From contig OZ037765.1 in NCBI GenBank assembly GCA_964035545.1, positions 35,576,108 through 35,640,107 of the forward strand: a DNA stretch of 64,000 bases. The letters are read 5' to 3'. Positions 13,975 through 26,800 of the stretch are shown piece after piece. The DNA comes from Bugula neritina. Its lineage: Eukaryota; Animalia; Bryozoa. Positions within the stretch are counted from its first letter, which is position 1. Every line of letters begins with the position of its first letter. The notes below the pieces were generated by a model. It saw only the letters and a list, made by a program, of their open reading frames with translations. It ran no database searches and had not been told where the DNA came from. The position numbers and the translations under genes are program-made.

Positions 13975-16678
13975 ACTGTATATATTAGTAACAGTGTATA
14001 CTATATATTAGTAACAGTATATACTATATATTAGTAACAGTATATACTATATATTAGTAACAGTATATACTATATATTAGTAACAGTGTATACTATATAT
14101 TAGTAACAGTATATACTATATATTAGTAACAGTGTATATACTATATATTAGTAACAGTATATACTATATATTAGTAACAGTATATATACTATATATTAGT
14201 AACAGTGTATATACTATATATTAGTAACAGTATATACTATATATTAGTAACAGTGTATACTATATATTAGTAACAGTATATACTATATATTAGTAACAGT
14301 GTATACTATATATTAGTAACAGAGTATACTATATATTAGTAACAGTGTATACTATATATTAGTAACAGTATATACTATATATTAGTAACAGTATATACTA
14401 TATATTAGTAACAGTATATACTATATATTAGTAACAGTATATACTATATATTAGTAACAGTATATACTATATATTAGTAACAGTGTATACTATATATTAG
14501 TAACAGTATATACTATATATTAGTAACAGTATATACTATATATTAGTAACAGTGTATACTATATATTAGTAACAGTGTATACTATATATTAGTAACAGTA
14601 TATACTATATATTAGTAACAGTATATACTATATATTAGTAACAGTGTATACTATATATTAGTAACAGTGTATACTATATATTAGTAACAGTATATACTAT
14701 ATATTAGTAACAGTATATACTATATATTAGTAACAGTATATATACTATATATTAGTAACAGTATATACTATATATTAGTAATAGTGTATACTATATATTA
14801 GTAACAGTATATACTATATATTAGTAACAGTGTATACTATATATTAGTAACAGTGTATACTATATATTAGTAACAGTGTATACTATATATTAGTAACAGT
14901 ATATACTATATATTAGTAACAGTGTATATACTATATATTAGTAACAGTATATACTATATATTAGTAACAGTGTATATACTATATATTAGTAACAGTATAT
15001 ACTATATATTAGTAACAGTATATACTGTATATTAGTAACAGTGTATATACTATATATTAGTAACAGTATATACTATATATTAGTAACAGTGTATACTATA
15101 TATTAGTAACAGTGTATACTATATATTAGTAACAGTGTATACTATATATTAGTAACAGTGTATACTATATATTAGTAACAGTATATACTATATATTAGTA
15201 ACAGTGTATACTATATATTAGTAACAGTGTATACTATATATTAGTAACAGTGTATACTATATATTAGTAACAGTGTATACTATATATTAGTAACAGTGTA
15301 TATACTATATATTAGTAACAGTGTATACTATATATTAGTAACAGTGTATATACTATATATTAGTAACAGTGTATATACTATATATTAGTAACAGTATATA
15401 TACTATATATTAGTAACAGTATATACTATATATTAGTAACAGTGTATACTATATATTAGTAACAGTGTATATACTATATATTAGTAACAGTATATACTAT
15501 ATATTAGTAACAGTGTATACTATATATTAGTAACAGTGTATATACTATATATTAGTAACAGTGTATACTATATATTAGTAACAGTATATACTATATATTA
15601 GTAACAGTGTATATACTATATATTAGTAACAGTATATACTATATATTAGTAACAGTGTATATACTATATATTAGTAACAGTATATACTATATATTAGTAA
15701 CAGTGTATACTATATATTAGTAACAGTGTATACTATATATTAGTAACAGTGTATACTATATATTAGTAACAGTGTATACTATATATTAGTAACAGTGTAT
15801 ACTATATATTAGTAATAGTGTATACTATATATTAGTAACAGTATATACTATATATTAGTAACAGTATATACTATATATTAGTAACAGTGTATACTATATA
15901 TTAGTAACAGTGTATACTATATATTAGTAACAGTGTATACTATATATTAGTAACAGTATATACTATATATTAGTAACAGTGTATACTATATATTAGTAAC
16001 AGTGTATACTATATATTAGTAACAGTGTATACTATATATTAGTAACAGTATATACTATATATTAGTAACAGTGTATACTATATATTAGTAACAGTGTATA
16101 TACTATATATTAGTAACAGTGTATACTATATATTAGTAACAGTATATACTATATATTAGTAACAGTGTATATACTATATATTAGTAACAGTATATACTAT
16201 ATATTAGTAACAGTATATACTATATATTAGTAACAGTGTATACTATATATTAGTAACAGTGTATACTATATATTAGTAACAGTGTATACTATATATTAGT
16301 AACAGTGTATACTATATATTAGTAACAGTGTATACTATATATTAGTAATAGTGTATACTATATATTAGTAACAGTATATACTATATATTAGTAACAGTAT
16401 ATACTATATATTAGTAACAGTGTATACTATATATTAGTAACAGTGTATACTATATATTAGTAACAGTGTATACTATATATTAGTAACAGTATATACTATA
16501 TATTAGTAACAGTGTATACTATATATTAGTAACAGTGTATACTATATATTAGTAACAGTGTATACTATATATTAGTAACAGTGTATACTAAATATTAGTA
16601 ACAGTGTATACTATATATTAGTAACAGTATATACTATATATTAGTAACAGTGTATACTATATATTAGTAACAGTGTAT
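13975..16678. repeat. 22/24-bp satellite (tatatattagtaacagt[g/a]tatac)n, 2.7 kb
   Basis: Direct inspection. Confidence 0.97.
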
Positions 16679-16899
16679 TACACACTAATACATGATAAGA
16701 GTGCTTTCATAATCTTTATTTTCTTTGGAGAACAACAAAGAAAACTTGAAACTTGCCTCAGTTTAATTTTGTACTAAGAATAATTGCCACAATTGTTTGT
16801 GAAACAAGTGGTCTATTGTATTCCTTGTGTTAGTAGTTGCCAAGTTGTTTAGTGAAGGGTTTGTTACACTTTATGTTCCATTAGCTCAACCTGTCAGCA

Positions 16900-17310
16900 T
16901 TTGCTGCCACAGGTGTTGCTGCCACAGGTATTGCTGCCACAGGTGTTGCTGCTGCAGGTATTGTTGCTGCCACAGGTATTGCTGCCACAGGTGTTGCTGC
17001 TGCAGGTATTGTTGCTGCCACAGGTATTGCTGCCACAGGTGTTGCTGCCACAGGTATTGCTGCCACAGGTATTGCTGCTGCAAGTATGCTCTAATGTCGC
17101 AATCAAGTCTGCTCTAATTGCTGGAAGAATTAGGCTGTGTGTAAAGGAGCTTGTGTGACAGCTGGCAGAAAGTTGACACTTCTAGATACAGTTGACACTT
17201 CTAGATAACGTTGACACTTCTAGATACAGTTGACACTTCTAGATACAGTTGACACTTCTAGATACAGTTGACACTTCTAGATACAGTTGACACTTCTAGA
17301 TACCATTGAC
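16900..17310. repeat. Two short arrays: (gctgccacaggtrtt)n at 16900-17085 and 19-bp (gttgacacttctagataca)n at 17171-17305
   Basis: Direct inspection. Confidence 0.9.
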
Positions 17311-17403
17311 AGACAGGTGCAGGTACTTTCTCTGGCAGCTGACAATAGCACACAGCACCCAGGCCACAGGTAGTTGAAGCTGACACCTGCGGTTAGTGTC
17401 AGG

Positions 17404-18620
17404 ATGACAGCTTCGACAGGTTATATTCATTGTGTGCCTGCAGTGAGCCTAGAGGAGAGTTATCCTTCCTCTAGCGTCCATTCACCTGCTGGTATGTTTA
17501 ACAAAGAGTATAACATGTGTGCTTGCTGTATAGTAGTCTGTAGTATATATAAAGAGTATATATATGTGTATATATAGTAGTCTGTAGTATATATAAAGAG
17601 TATATATATGTGTATATAGAGTAGTCTGTAGTATATATAAAGAGTATATATATATGTATATATAGTAGTCTGTAGTGTATATAAAGAGTATATATCTGTG
17701 TATATATAGTAGTCTGTAGTGTATATAAAGAGTATATATCTGTGTATGTATAGTAGTCTGTAGTATATATAAAGAGTATATATCTGTGTATATATAGTAG
17801 CCTGTAGTATATATAAAGAGTATATATCTGTGTATATATAGTAGCCTGTAGTATATATAAAGAGTATATATCTGTGTATGTAGTAGTCTGTAGTATATAT
17901 AAAGAGTATATATGTAATTTATATTGAACAGGGCTCACTGGATACGACCTTCAACAAGGTCGCGGCAGACCGCAACAGCCTCTAGCCGTTGTAGAATTGA
18001 GTATAGATAATACTTGTGAAAAACCGAGCAAATGGTCAAGTGCTAGCAGTCTCGGCAAACAAGTCGGACACTCAAAAGGATTCCCTATTGCAAGTAACTC
18101 CAGGGCACGCCAACTCAGACTCAGCAGATTGTCTGCTGCCTCTACTGAAAGGGTTGAGTCAAAGGCTTTTCTCCATGAGGTGCGTTATACTTATTAATTT
18201 ATGTGAATCCATCTGAGATGTTCTTATTGCATGCTGCAATTCGCTACATAGAATTTTCCAACCCATGAAAGTTTTATTTTGCAGGCCAGAAACTCAAAGG
18301 ACAAGACAACCAGTTGGAAAAAAGCAAGAAATAGCAGAGGTTCTGCTTGTACGTCAGTACAGCGGGTGTACAAACCTACACTCCCTAAATACTGCTTCAG
18401 TGCCAGCACATACCAGAGTGTGCTGACAGATTATTCCACGTCAGCCGGTTTGGGGATGGTGCGGGGCGACCTCTCTCAACTCCCACCGCCCCGTCACACT
18501 CTTATGACAAGAGAGCTGCCCTATGTCTATAGATACAAAATACAGCAGGGGATAACTTCCCTCAACAACATGATACCCACAAGGCGTGACAACTCCCATC
18601 CTGTCAACCAGATATGGTGA
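17404..18620 (+). CDS. Uncharacterised protein, about 220 aa; exons 17404-17491, 17932-18179, 18285-18620
   Basis: Three exons joined by GT-AG introns in matching phases (1 and 0). The frame is open from MTASTGYIHC to LPYVYRYKIQQGITSLNNMIPTRRDNSHPVNQIW*. The first intron is filled with a repeat of about 40 bp. The start codon is uncertain. Confidence 0.6.
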
Positions 18621-19214
18621 TAGACAACTTCTCCCCAACTTCATTGTGTATATAGGATTACGATCTACTCAATACTAAAGTACAACGTCTGCAGTTTGAT
18701 ATATTGCAATTGTTAATCTGCAGCAGATTTGTCTCTTGGGGTAGCTGCAGACTACATCCTATGTTGATTGAAAAATTGTGTTCTTGAAAAGTTTATATAA
18801 TTTAAACGCCAAGAAACTTTCTAAAACAGTTTGTTGAAATTGCTGTAATGTATCAGTTTGACATTTTTCTACTGTACATTATTGATAGTAGATGGGAGAG
18901 CTGAGTGGTATTGTTATTAATATAGCATCCACTGAGCCCAGTTATTTTATTTTGCAGTACAATAACATAGTATATTATATTTATTAATAAATAGGATAGT
19001 AATATATTATGTAAAATGTCAAATTTTTCGTTGCAACTAATGTTTGTATTTCTATACTATGAATGTGTAAAAATTAATAAAGAAAGGCTTCAACAGTGAA
19101 TCATACATAGAGTGTTGTCCCTTCTTTAGAAATTGAATGAACGCTTTTCATCAGTGAATAGAAATATTGATTGAAACAGTATAAAGCAAACAAACTAAAG
19201 ACTGTAGTATTAGT

Positions 19215-19545
19215 AGTATTCAACATATAGTACAGGTATGGCTGCAGTATTCAACGTATAGTACAGGTATAGCTGTAGTATTCAACGTATAGTACAGGTA
19301 TAGTTGTAGTATTCAACATATAGTACAGGTAACTCTAGTATTCAACATATAGTACAGGTATAGCTGTAGTATTCAACATATAGTACAGGTAACTCTAGTA
19401 TTCAACATATAGTACAGGTAACTCTAGTATTCAACATATAGTACAGGTAGCTGCAGTATTCAACATATAGTACAGGTAGCTGCAGTATTCAACATATAGT
19501 ACAGGTATAGTTGTAGTATTCAATGTATAACAGCACAGGTAGCTG
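19215..19545. repeat. About 30-bp repeat (gtattcaacatatagtacaggta...)n
   Basis: Direct inspection; each unit has CAG|GTA. Confidence 0.9.
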
Positions 19546-19622
19546 TAAACTGAGGTTACTAGACTGAATAAGAATCTACTAGGAGCTTGCGAAAACATTC
19601 TGCAGCTGAAGAGAGAGAAAGA

Positions 19623-20458
19623 ATGGCTCAGGCTGAAGAAAACGTGCCACCTTTTCTGTCAACTGACTACTTGGAGACACTTGGGAGTAAGTCAACTCAA
19701 AATACCTTCTTTGTCTGTAGACATACATACGTGTATCCTGAGGCTACATCTATTCTAGTATGATCTAAGGCTACATTTACTCTATTATGATCTGAGGCTA
19801 CATCTATTCTAGTATGATCTAAGGCTACATCTATTCTAGTATGATCTGAGGCTTCATCTACTCTAGTATGATCTGAGGCTACATCTACTCTAGTATGATC
19901 TAAGGCTACATCTACTCTAGTATGATCTAAGGCCATATCTACTCTAGTATGATGCACATGTGTGTATTGACAGGTGATGGAGTTATAATAATGGTGGTTG
20001 GATTGTTCCTGCTGACTATACTTGTTGTCTCTACGGCAGCCCTTCTGGTGTGGTACACTTGCAAAGGGTAGGTTTTTGGCACCAGCCATTATTACAAACA
20101 CAATATTTACTGTGTAAGAATCGCATTAAGCTAATTTAGAGTAAATTATATTGTTTGCAGAAGGAAAGTGGAAAAGTCGGCTGAGAAGCTGTACGAAAGC
20201 GACATAAATGGACCAAGACTGGGAGTGATGGTATCACCTCGGGACAATCTTGGAGTGCCCCGACCGACCAACAATGACAGAGGACTTCTGGCTAACCTGG
20301 GGGTGCCTGACTCTTCACCAGAAGGGTCAGCTGCTAATAGCCCAAATTCCCAGCTGACAGACCTGAATGGTGGGGAGCCTTCAACACGACCCCACCAAGA
20401 GAACGTCTTAGCTTATGATAATACAAACTACTATGAAGACAGTGCTGTATTGTTTTAG
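19623..20458 (+). CDS. Small single-pass membrane protein, about 150 aa; exons 19623-19686, 19974-20067, 20161-20458
   Basis: MAQAEENVPPFLSTDYLETLG|SDGVIIMVVGLFLLTILVVSTAALLVWYTCKG|RKVEK...AYDNTNYYEDSAVLF*. TM helix followed by a basic stop-transfer. Phases are consistent, AATAAA lies near 20482, and intron 1 holds a 27-bp repeat. Confidence 0.75.
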
Positions 20459-20884
20459 TGACTCTATTCAATAGAAATCAAAATAAATGTAAATAGTGCT
20501 GAGAGTTTTACTTTAGACACGTATATTCAGGCTTGTAAACAAAAACATGACATTTAGAGTTCTGTATGTGAATAAAACACAACTTAGCAAATATAAAGTC
20601 AAATAGGCCATTATTATCTGATTGAATCAACCAACAGAGAAGTGAGTTGGGAAACCAACTGGCAGTGTGGGGTGAAAGCAGGGAGTATATGTTATATGAA
20701 ACACATACAGCCCTTGGTGGGAGATTATACATCTGGCAATATGGTCATATATATTTATATGTGCAGAAACTGCTTGCACCTTAGCACTTTCTCACAATAT
20801 GTTCACAAACGCTTGGTGATGTCATATACACTTGGTGATGTCATATACACTTGGTGACGTCATAGACAATTGGTAATTTCATAG

Positions 20885-23800
20885 TTATGAAAGTCTGATG
20901 GATGCCCACTCCAAGAACCGGAGCAAATCTTTGACGGGAACATTTCTAGTGTGAGCCTTTAGTCTTAGATTTCTATCGTCAGTGAGCAAAACAACATCTC
21001 TGAATAGCAGGAGAGAGTTATCTGCAGAAAACATATAGCTATCTGCAGAAGACATATATTTATCTGCAGAATACATATGGTTATCTGCAGAATACATATA
21101 TTTATCTGCAGAATACATATGGTTATCTGCAGAATACATATATTTATCTGCAGAATACATATATTTATCTGCAGAATACTTAGAATTATCTGCAGAAGAC
21201 ATATAGTTATCTGCAGAAGACATATAGTTATCTGCAGAATACATATAGCTATCTGCAGAATACATATAGTTACAGAGAGGGGATGACAACTGACCGCTGT
21301 TTCTAGGCATGTAGTCCCTGGCGTTGTCCTTACAGTAGTGTAAACAGCAGGAGAGTATTCTGTCATCATTGTTACCCTGCATGGAGAATAGAAAGAACTC
21401 ATGTGTTAGTGTGATGATTATACAATGCTTCCATAGGAAAATCATTTAGCTACTAGTTTACAGAAATATACAAAAATTACAGGAGAAAAGGGTATATTAT
21501 AAACTACTTATGAAGTAGATAAGTAAGAAGACAGTGGGTAGAAGGGTAGAAGGGTAGAAGGAGAGAGGGTAGAGTAGAGGGAGTAGAGTAGAGAGAGTAG
21601 AGTAGAGAGAGTAGAGAAAGGGTAGAGAGGGTAGAGTAGAGAGAGTAGAGAAAGGGTAGAGAGGGTAGAGTAGAGAGAGTAGAGAAAGGGTAGAGAGGGT
21701 AGAGTAGAGAGAGTAGAGAAAGGGTAGAGAGGGTAGAGTAGAGAGAGTAGAGTAGAGAAAGGGTAAAGAGAGAGGGTAGAGTAGAGAGAGTAGAGAAAGA
21801 GTAGAGAGGGTAGAGAAAGAGTAGAGAGGGTAGAGAGGGTAGAGTAGAGAGAGTAGAGAAAGAGTAAAGAGAGAGGGTAGAGAGAGTAGAGAAAGAGTAG
21901 AGAGGGTATAGTAGAAGATAGAGAGGGGACAGGGAGGGGGCAGAGAGGGTATAGTAGAGGATAGAGAGGGGACAGGGAGGGGGCAGAGAGGAGTAACTAA
22001 CCCCGGGAGAAGTATCCTGTTCACTTCTATAGGTTATCGTATGCATCTCAGTGCCGGTGGCAGTCAGCGCCTTCAACCTCCGATTACGACTGTCAAACTG
22101 CGACTCGAGAAACTCAACAGCATCAGAAGCAGCACGAGCCACATTCCCAGAATGCTCTAGCGAGTGTGAAGTAGTCGACTGAGAGGAGGGAGTGAGAGCG
22201 GAGCCACGGGCCAAACCATCCAACTCATTGATAACTACATGTTAGTAATATTGATACTAAATACTAGTAATATTAGTACTAAATACTAGTAATATTGATA
22301 CTAAATACTAGTAATATTGATACTAAATACTAGTAATATTGATACTAAATACTAGTAATATTGATACTAAATACTAGTAATATTAATACTAAATACTAGT
22401 AATATTGATACTAAATACTAGTAATATTGATACTAAATACTAGTAATATTGATACTAAATACTAGTAATATTGATACTAAATACTAGTAATATTGATACT
22501 AAATACTAGTAATATTGATACTAAATACTAGTAATATTAATACTAAATACTAGTAATTATAATACTAAATACTAGTAATATTGATACTAAATACTAGTAA
22601 TATTGATACTAAATACTAGTAATATTAATACTAAATACTAGTAATATTGATACTGAATACTAGTAATAGTAATACTAAATACTAGTAATATTGATACTAA
22701 ATACTAGTAATACTGATACTAAGTACTAGTAATATTGATACTAAATACTAGTAATATTGATACTAAATACTAGTAATAGTAATACTAAATACTAGTAATA
22801 TTGATACTAAATACTAGTAATATTGATACTAAATACTAGTAATATTGATACTAAATACTAGTAATATTGATACTAAATACTAGTAATATTGATACTAAAT
22901 ACTAGTAATATTGATACTAAATACTAGTAATATTAATACTAAATACTAGTAATACTGATACTAAATACTAGTAATATTAATACTAAATACTAGTAATATT
23001 GATACTAAATACTAGTAATATTAATACTAAATACTAGTAATATTAATACTGAATACTAGTAATATTAATACTAAATACTAGTAATATTGATACTAAATAC
23101 TAGTAATACTGATACTAAGTACTAGTGATATTGATACTAAATACTAGTAATATTAATACTAAATACTAGTAATATTAACACTAAATACTAGTAATATCAA
23201 TACTAAATACTAGTAATATTGATACTAAATACTAGTAATATTGATACTAAATACTAGTAATATCAATACTAAATACTAGTAATATTATTACTAAATACTA
23301 GTAATATTGATACTAAATACTAGTAATATTGATACTAAATACTAGTAATATTAATACTAAATACTAGTAATATTGATACTAAATACTAGTAATATTAATA
23401 CTAAGTACTAGTAATACTGATACTAAATACTAGTAACATCAATACTAAATCTTAGTAATATTATTACTAAATACTAGTAATATTAATACTAAATACTAGT
23501 AATATTGATACTGAATACTAGTAATATTAATACTAAATACTAGTAATATTGATACTAAAAACTAGTAATATTGATACTAAATACTAGTAATATTATTACT
23601 AAATACTAGTAATATTAATACTAAATACTAGTAATATTAAGACTAAATACTAGTAATATTAATACTAAATACTAGTAATATTAATACTAAGTACTAGTAA
23701 TATTGTTAATAAATACTAGTAATATTAATACTAAATACTAGTAATATTATTACTAAATACTAGTAATATTAAGACTAAATACTAGTAATATTAATACTAA

Positions 23801-26800
23801 ATACTAGTAATATTAATACTAAGTACTAGTAATATTGTTAATAAATACTAGTAATATTAATACTAAATACTAGTAATATTATTACTAAATACTAGTAATA
23901 TTAATACTAAATACTAGTAATATTAATACTAAATACTAGTAATATTAATACTAAATACTAGTAATATTATTAATAAATACTAGTAATATTAATACTAAAT
24001 ACTAGTAATATTGATACTAAATACTAGTAATATTGATACGAAATACTAGTAATATTATTACTAAATACTAGTAATATTATTAATAAATACTAGTAATATT
24101 AATACTAAATACTAGTAATATTACCAACTAAATACTAGTAATATTGATACTAAATACTAGTAATATTGATACTAAATACTAGTATTATTGATACTGAATA
24201 CTAGTAATATTAACACTAAATACTATTAATATTGATACTAAATACTAGTAATATTAATACTAAATACTAGTAATATTAATACTAAATACTAGTAATATTA
24301 ATACTAAATACTAGTAATATTGATACTAAATACTAGTAATATTGATACTAAATACTAGTATTATTGATACTGAATACTAGTAATATTGATACTAAATACT
24401 AGTAATATTGATACTAAATACTAGTAATATTGATACTGAATACTAGTAATATTGATACTAAATACTAGTAATATTAATACTAAATACTAGTAATATTGAT
24501 ACTGAATACTAGTAATATTGATACTAAATACTAGTAATATTAATACTAAATACTAGTAATATTGATACTGAATACTAGTAATATTGATACTAAATACTAG
24601 TAATATTGATACTAAATACTAGTAATATTAAGACTAAATACTAGTAATATTAATACTAAATACTAGTAATATTAATACTAAGTACTAGTAATATTGTTAA
24701 TAAATACTAGTAATATTAATACTAAATACTAGTAATATTATTACTAAATACTAGTAATATTAATACTAAATACTAGTAACATCAATACTAAATCTTAGTA
24801 ATATTATTACTAAATACTAGTAATATTAATACTAAATACTAGTAATATTGATACTAAATACTAGTAATATTGATACTAAAAACTAGTAATATTGATACTA
24901 AATACTAGTAATATTATTACTAAATACTAGTAATATTAATACTAAATACTAGTAATATTAAGACTAAATACTAGTATTATTACCAACTAAAGGTACAACA
25001 ACTGTGAACTTCAGTGAAGTAATGAGAGCTCGCATCTGCTGGGGATATTCAATAAAACAGTTGGTATCAGGAATAACAAATATTGGTCGTATCTCGAGTC
25101 GCAAAAGTCGATGGGAAGATTCTGTCTTTATAACATTCTATAAACAATGGAGCAATTTAATACAATATAACATAATATAGTATATTACAGTATAATATAG
25201 TATATTACAGTATAATATAGTATATTACAGTATAATATAGTATGTTACAGTATAATATAGTATATTACAGTATAATATAGTATGTTACAGTATAATATAG
25301 TATATTACAGTATAATATAGTATGTTACAGTATATTATAGTATATTACAGTATAATATAGTATGTTACAGTATAATATAGTATATTACAGTATAATATAG
25401 TATATTACAGTATAATATAGTATATTACAGTATAATATAGTATATTACAGTATAATATAGTATGTTACAGTATATTATAGTATATTACAGTATAATATAG
25501 TATGTTACAGTATAATATAGTATATTACAGTATAATATAGTATATTACAGTATAATATAGTATATTACAGTATAATATAGAATGTTACAGTATAATATAG
25601 TATGTTGCAGTATAATATAGTATGTTACAGTATAATATAGTATATTACAGTATAATATAGTATATTACAGTATAATATAGTATATTACAGTATAATATAG
25701 AATGTTACAGTATAATATAGTATATTACAGTATAATATAGTATGTTGCAGTATAATATAGTATATTACAGTATAATATAGTATGTTACAGTATAATATAG
25801 TATATTACAGTATAATATAGAATATTACAGTATAATATAGTATGTTACAGTATAATATAGTATGTTACAGTATAATATAGTATATTACAGTATAATATAG
25901 TATGTTACAGTATAATATAGTATATTACAGTATAATATAGTATATTACAGTATAATATAGTATGTTACAGTATAATATAGTATATTACAGTATAATATAG
26001 TATGTTACAGTATAATATAGTATATTACAGTATAATATAGTATATTACAGTATAATATAGTATATTACAGTATAATATAGAATGTTACAGTATAATATAG
26101 TATGTTGCAGTATAATATAGTATGTTACAGTATAATATAGTATATTACAGTATAATATAGTATATTACAGTATAATATAGTATATTACAGTATAATATAG
26201 TATATTACAGTATAATATAGTATGTTACAGTATAATATAGTATATTACAGTATAATATAGTATATTACAGTATAATATAGAATGTTACAGTATAATATAG
26301 TATGTTGCAGTATAATATAGTATGTTACAGTATAATATAGTATATTACAGTATAATATAGTATATTACAGTATAATATAGTATATTACAGTATAATATAG
26401 TATATTACAGTATAATATAGTATGTTACAGTATAATATAGTATATTACAGTATAATATAGTATATTACAGTATAATATAGTATATTACAGTATAATATAG
26501 AATGTTACAGTATAATATAGTATATTACAGTATAATATAGTATGTTGCAGTATAATATAGTATATTACAGTATAATATAGTATGTTACAGTATAATATAG
26601 TATATTACAGTATAATATAGAATATTACAGTATAATATAGTATGTTACAGTATAATATAGTATGTTACAGTATAATATAGTATATTACAGTATAATATAG
26701 TATGTTACAGTATAATATAGTATATTACAGTATAATATAGTATATTACAGTATAATATAGTATGTTACAGTATAATATAGTATATTACAGTATAATATAG

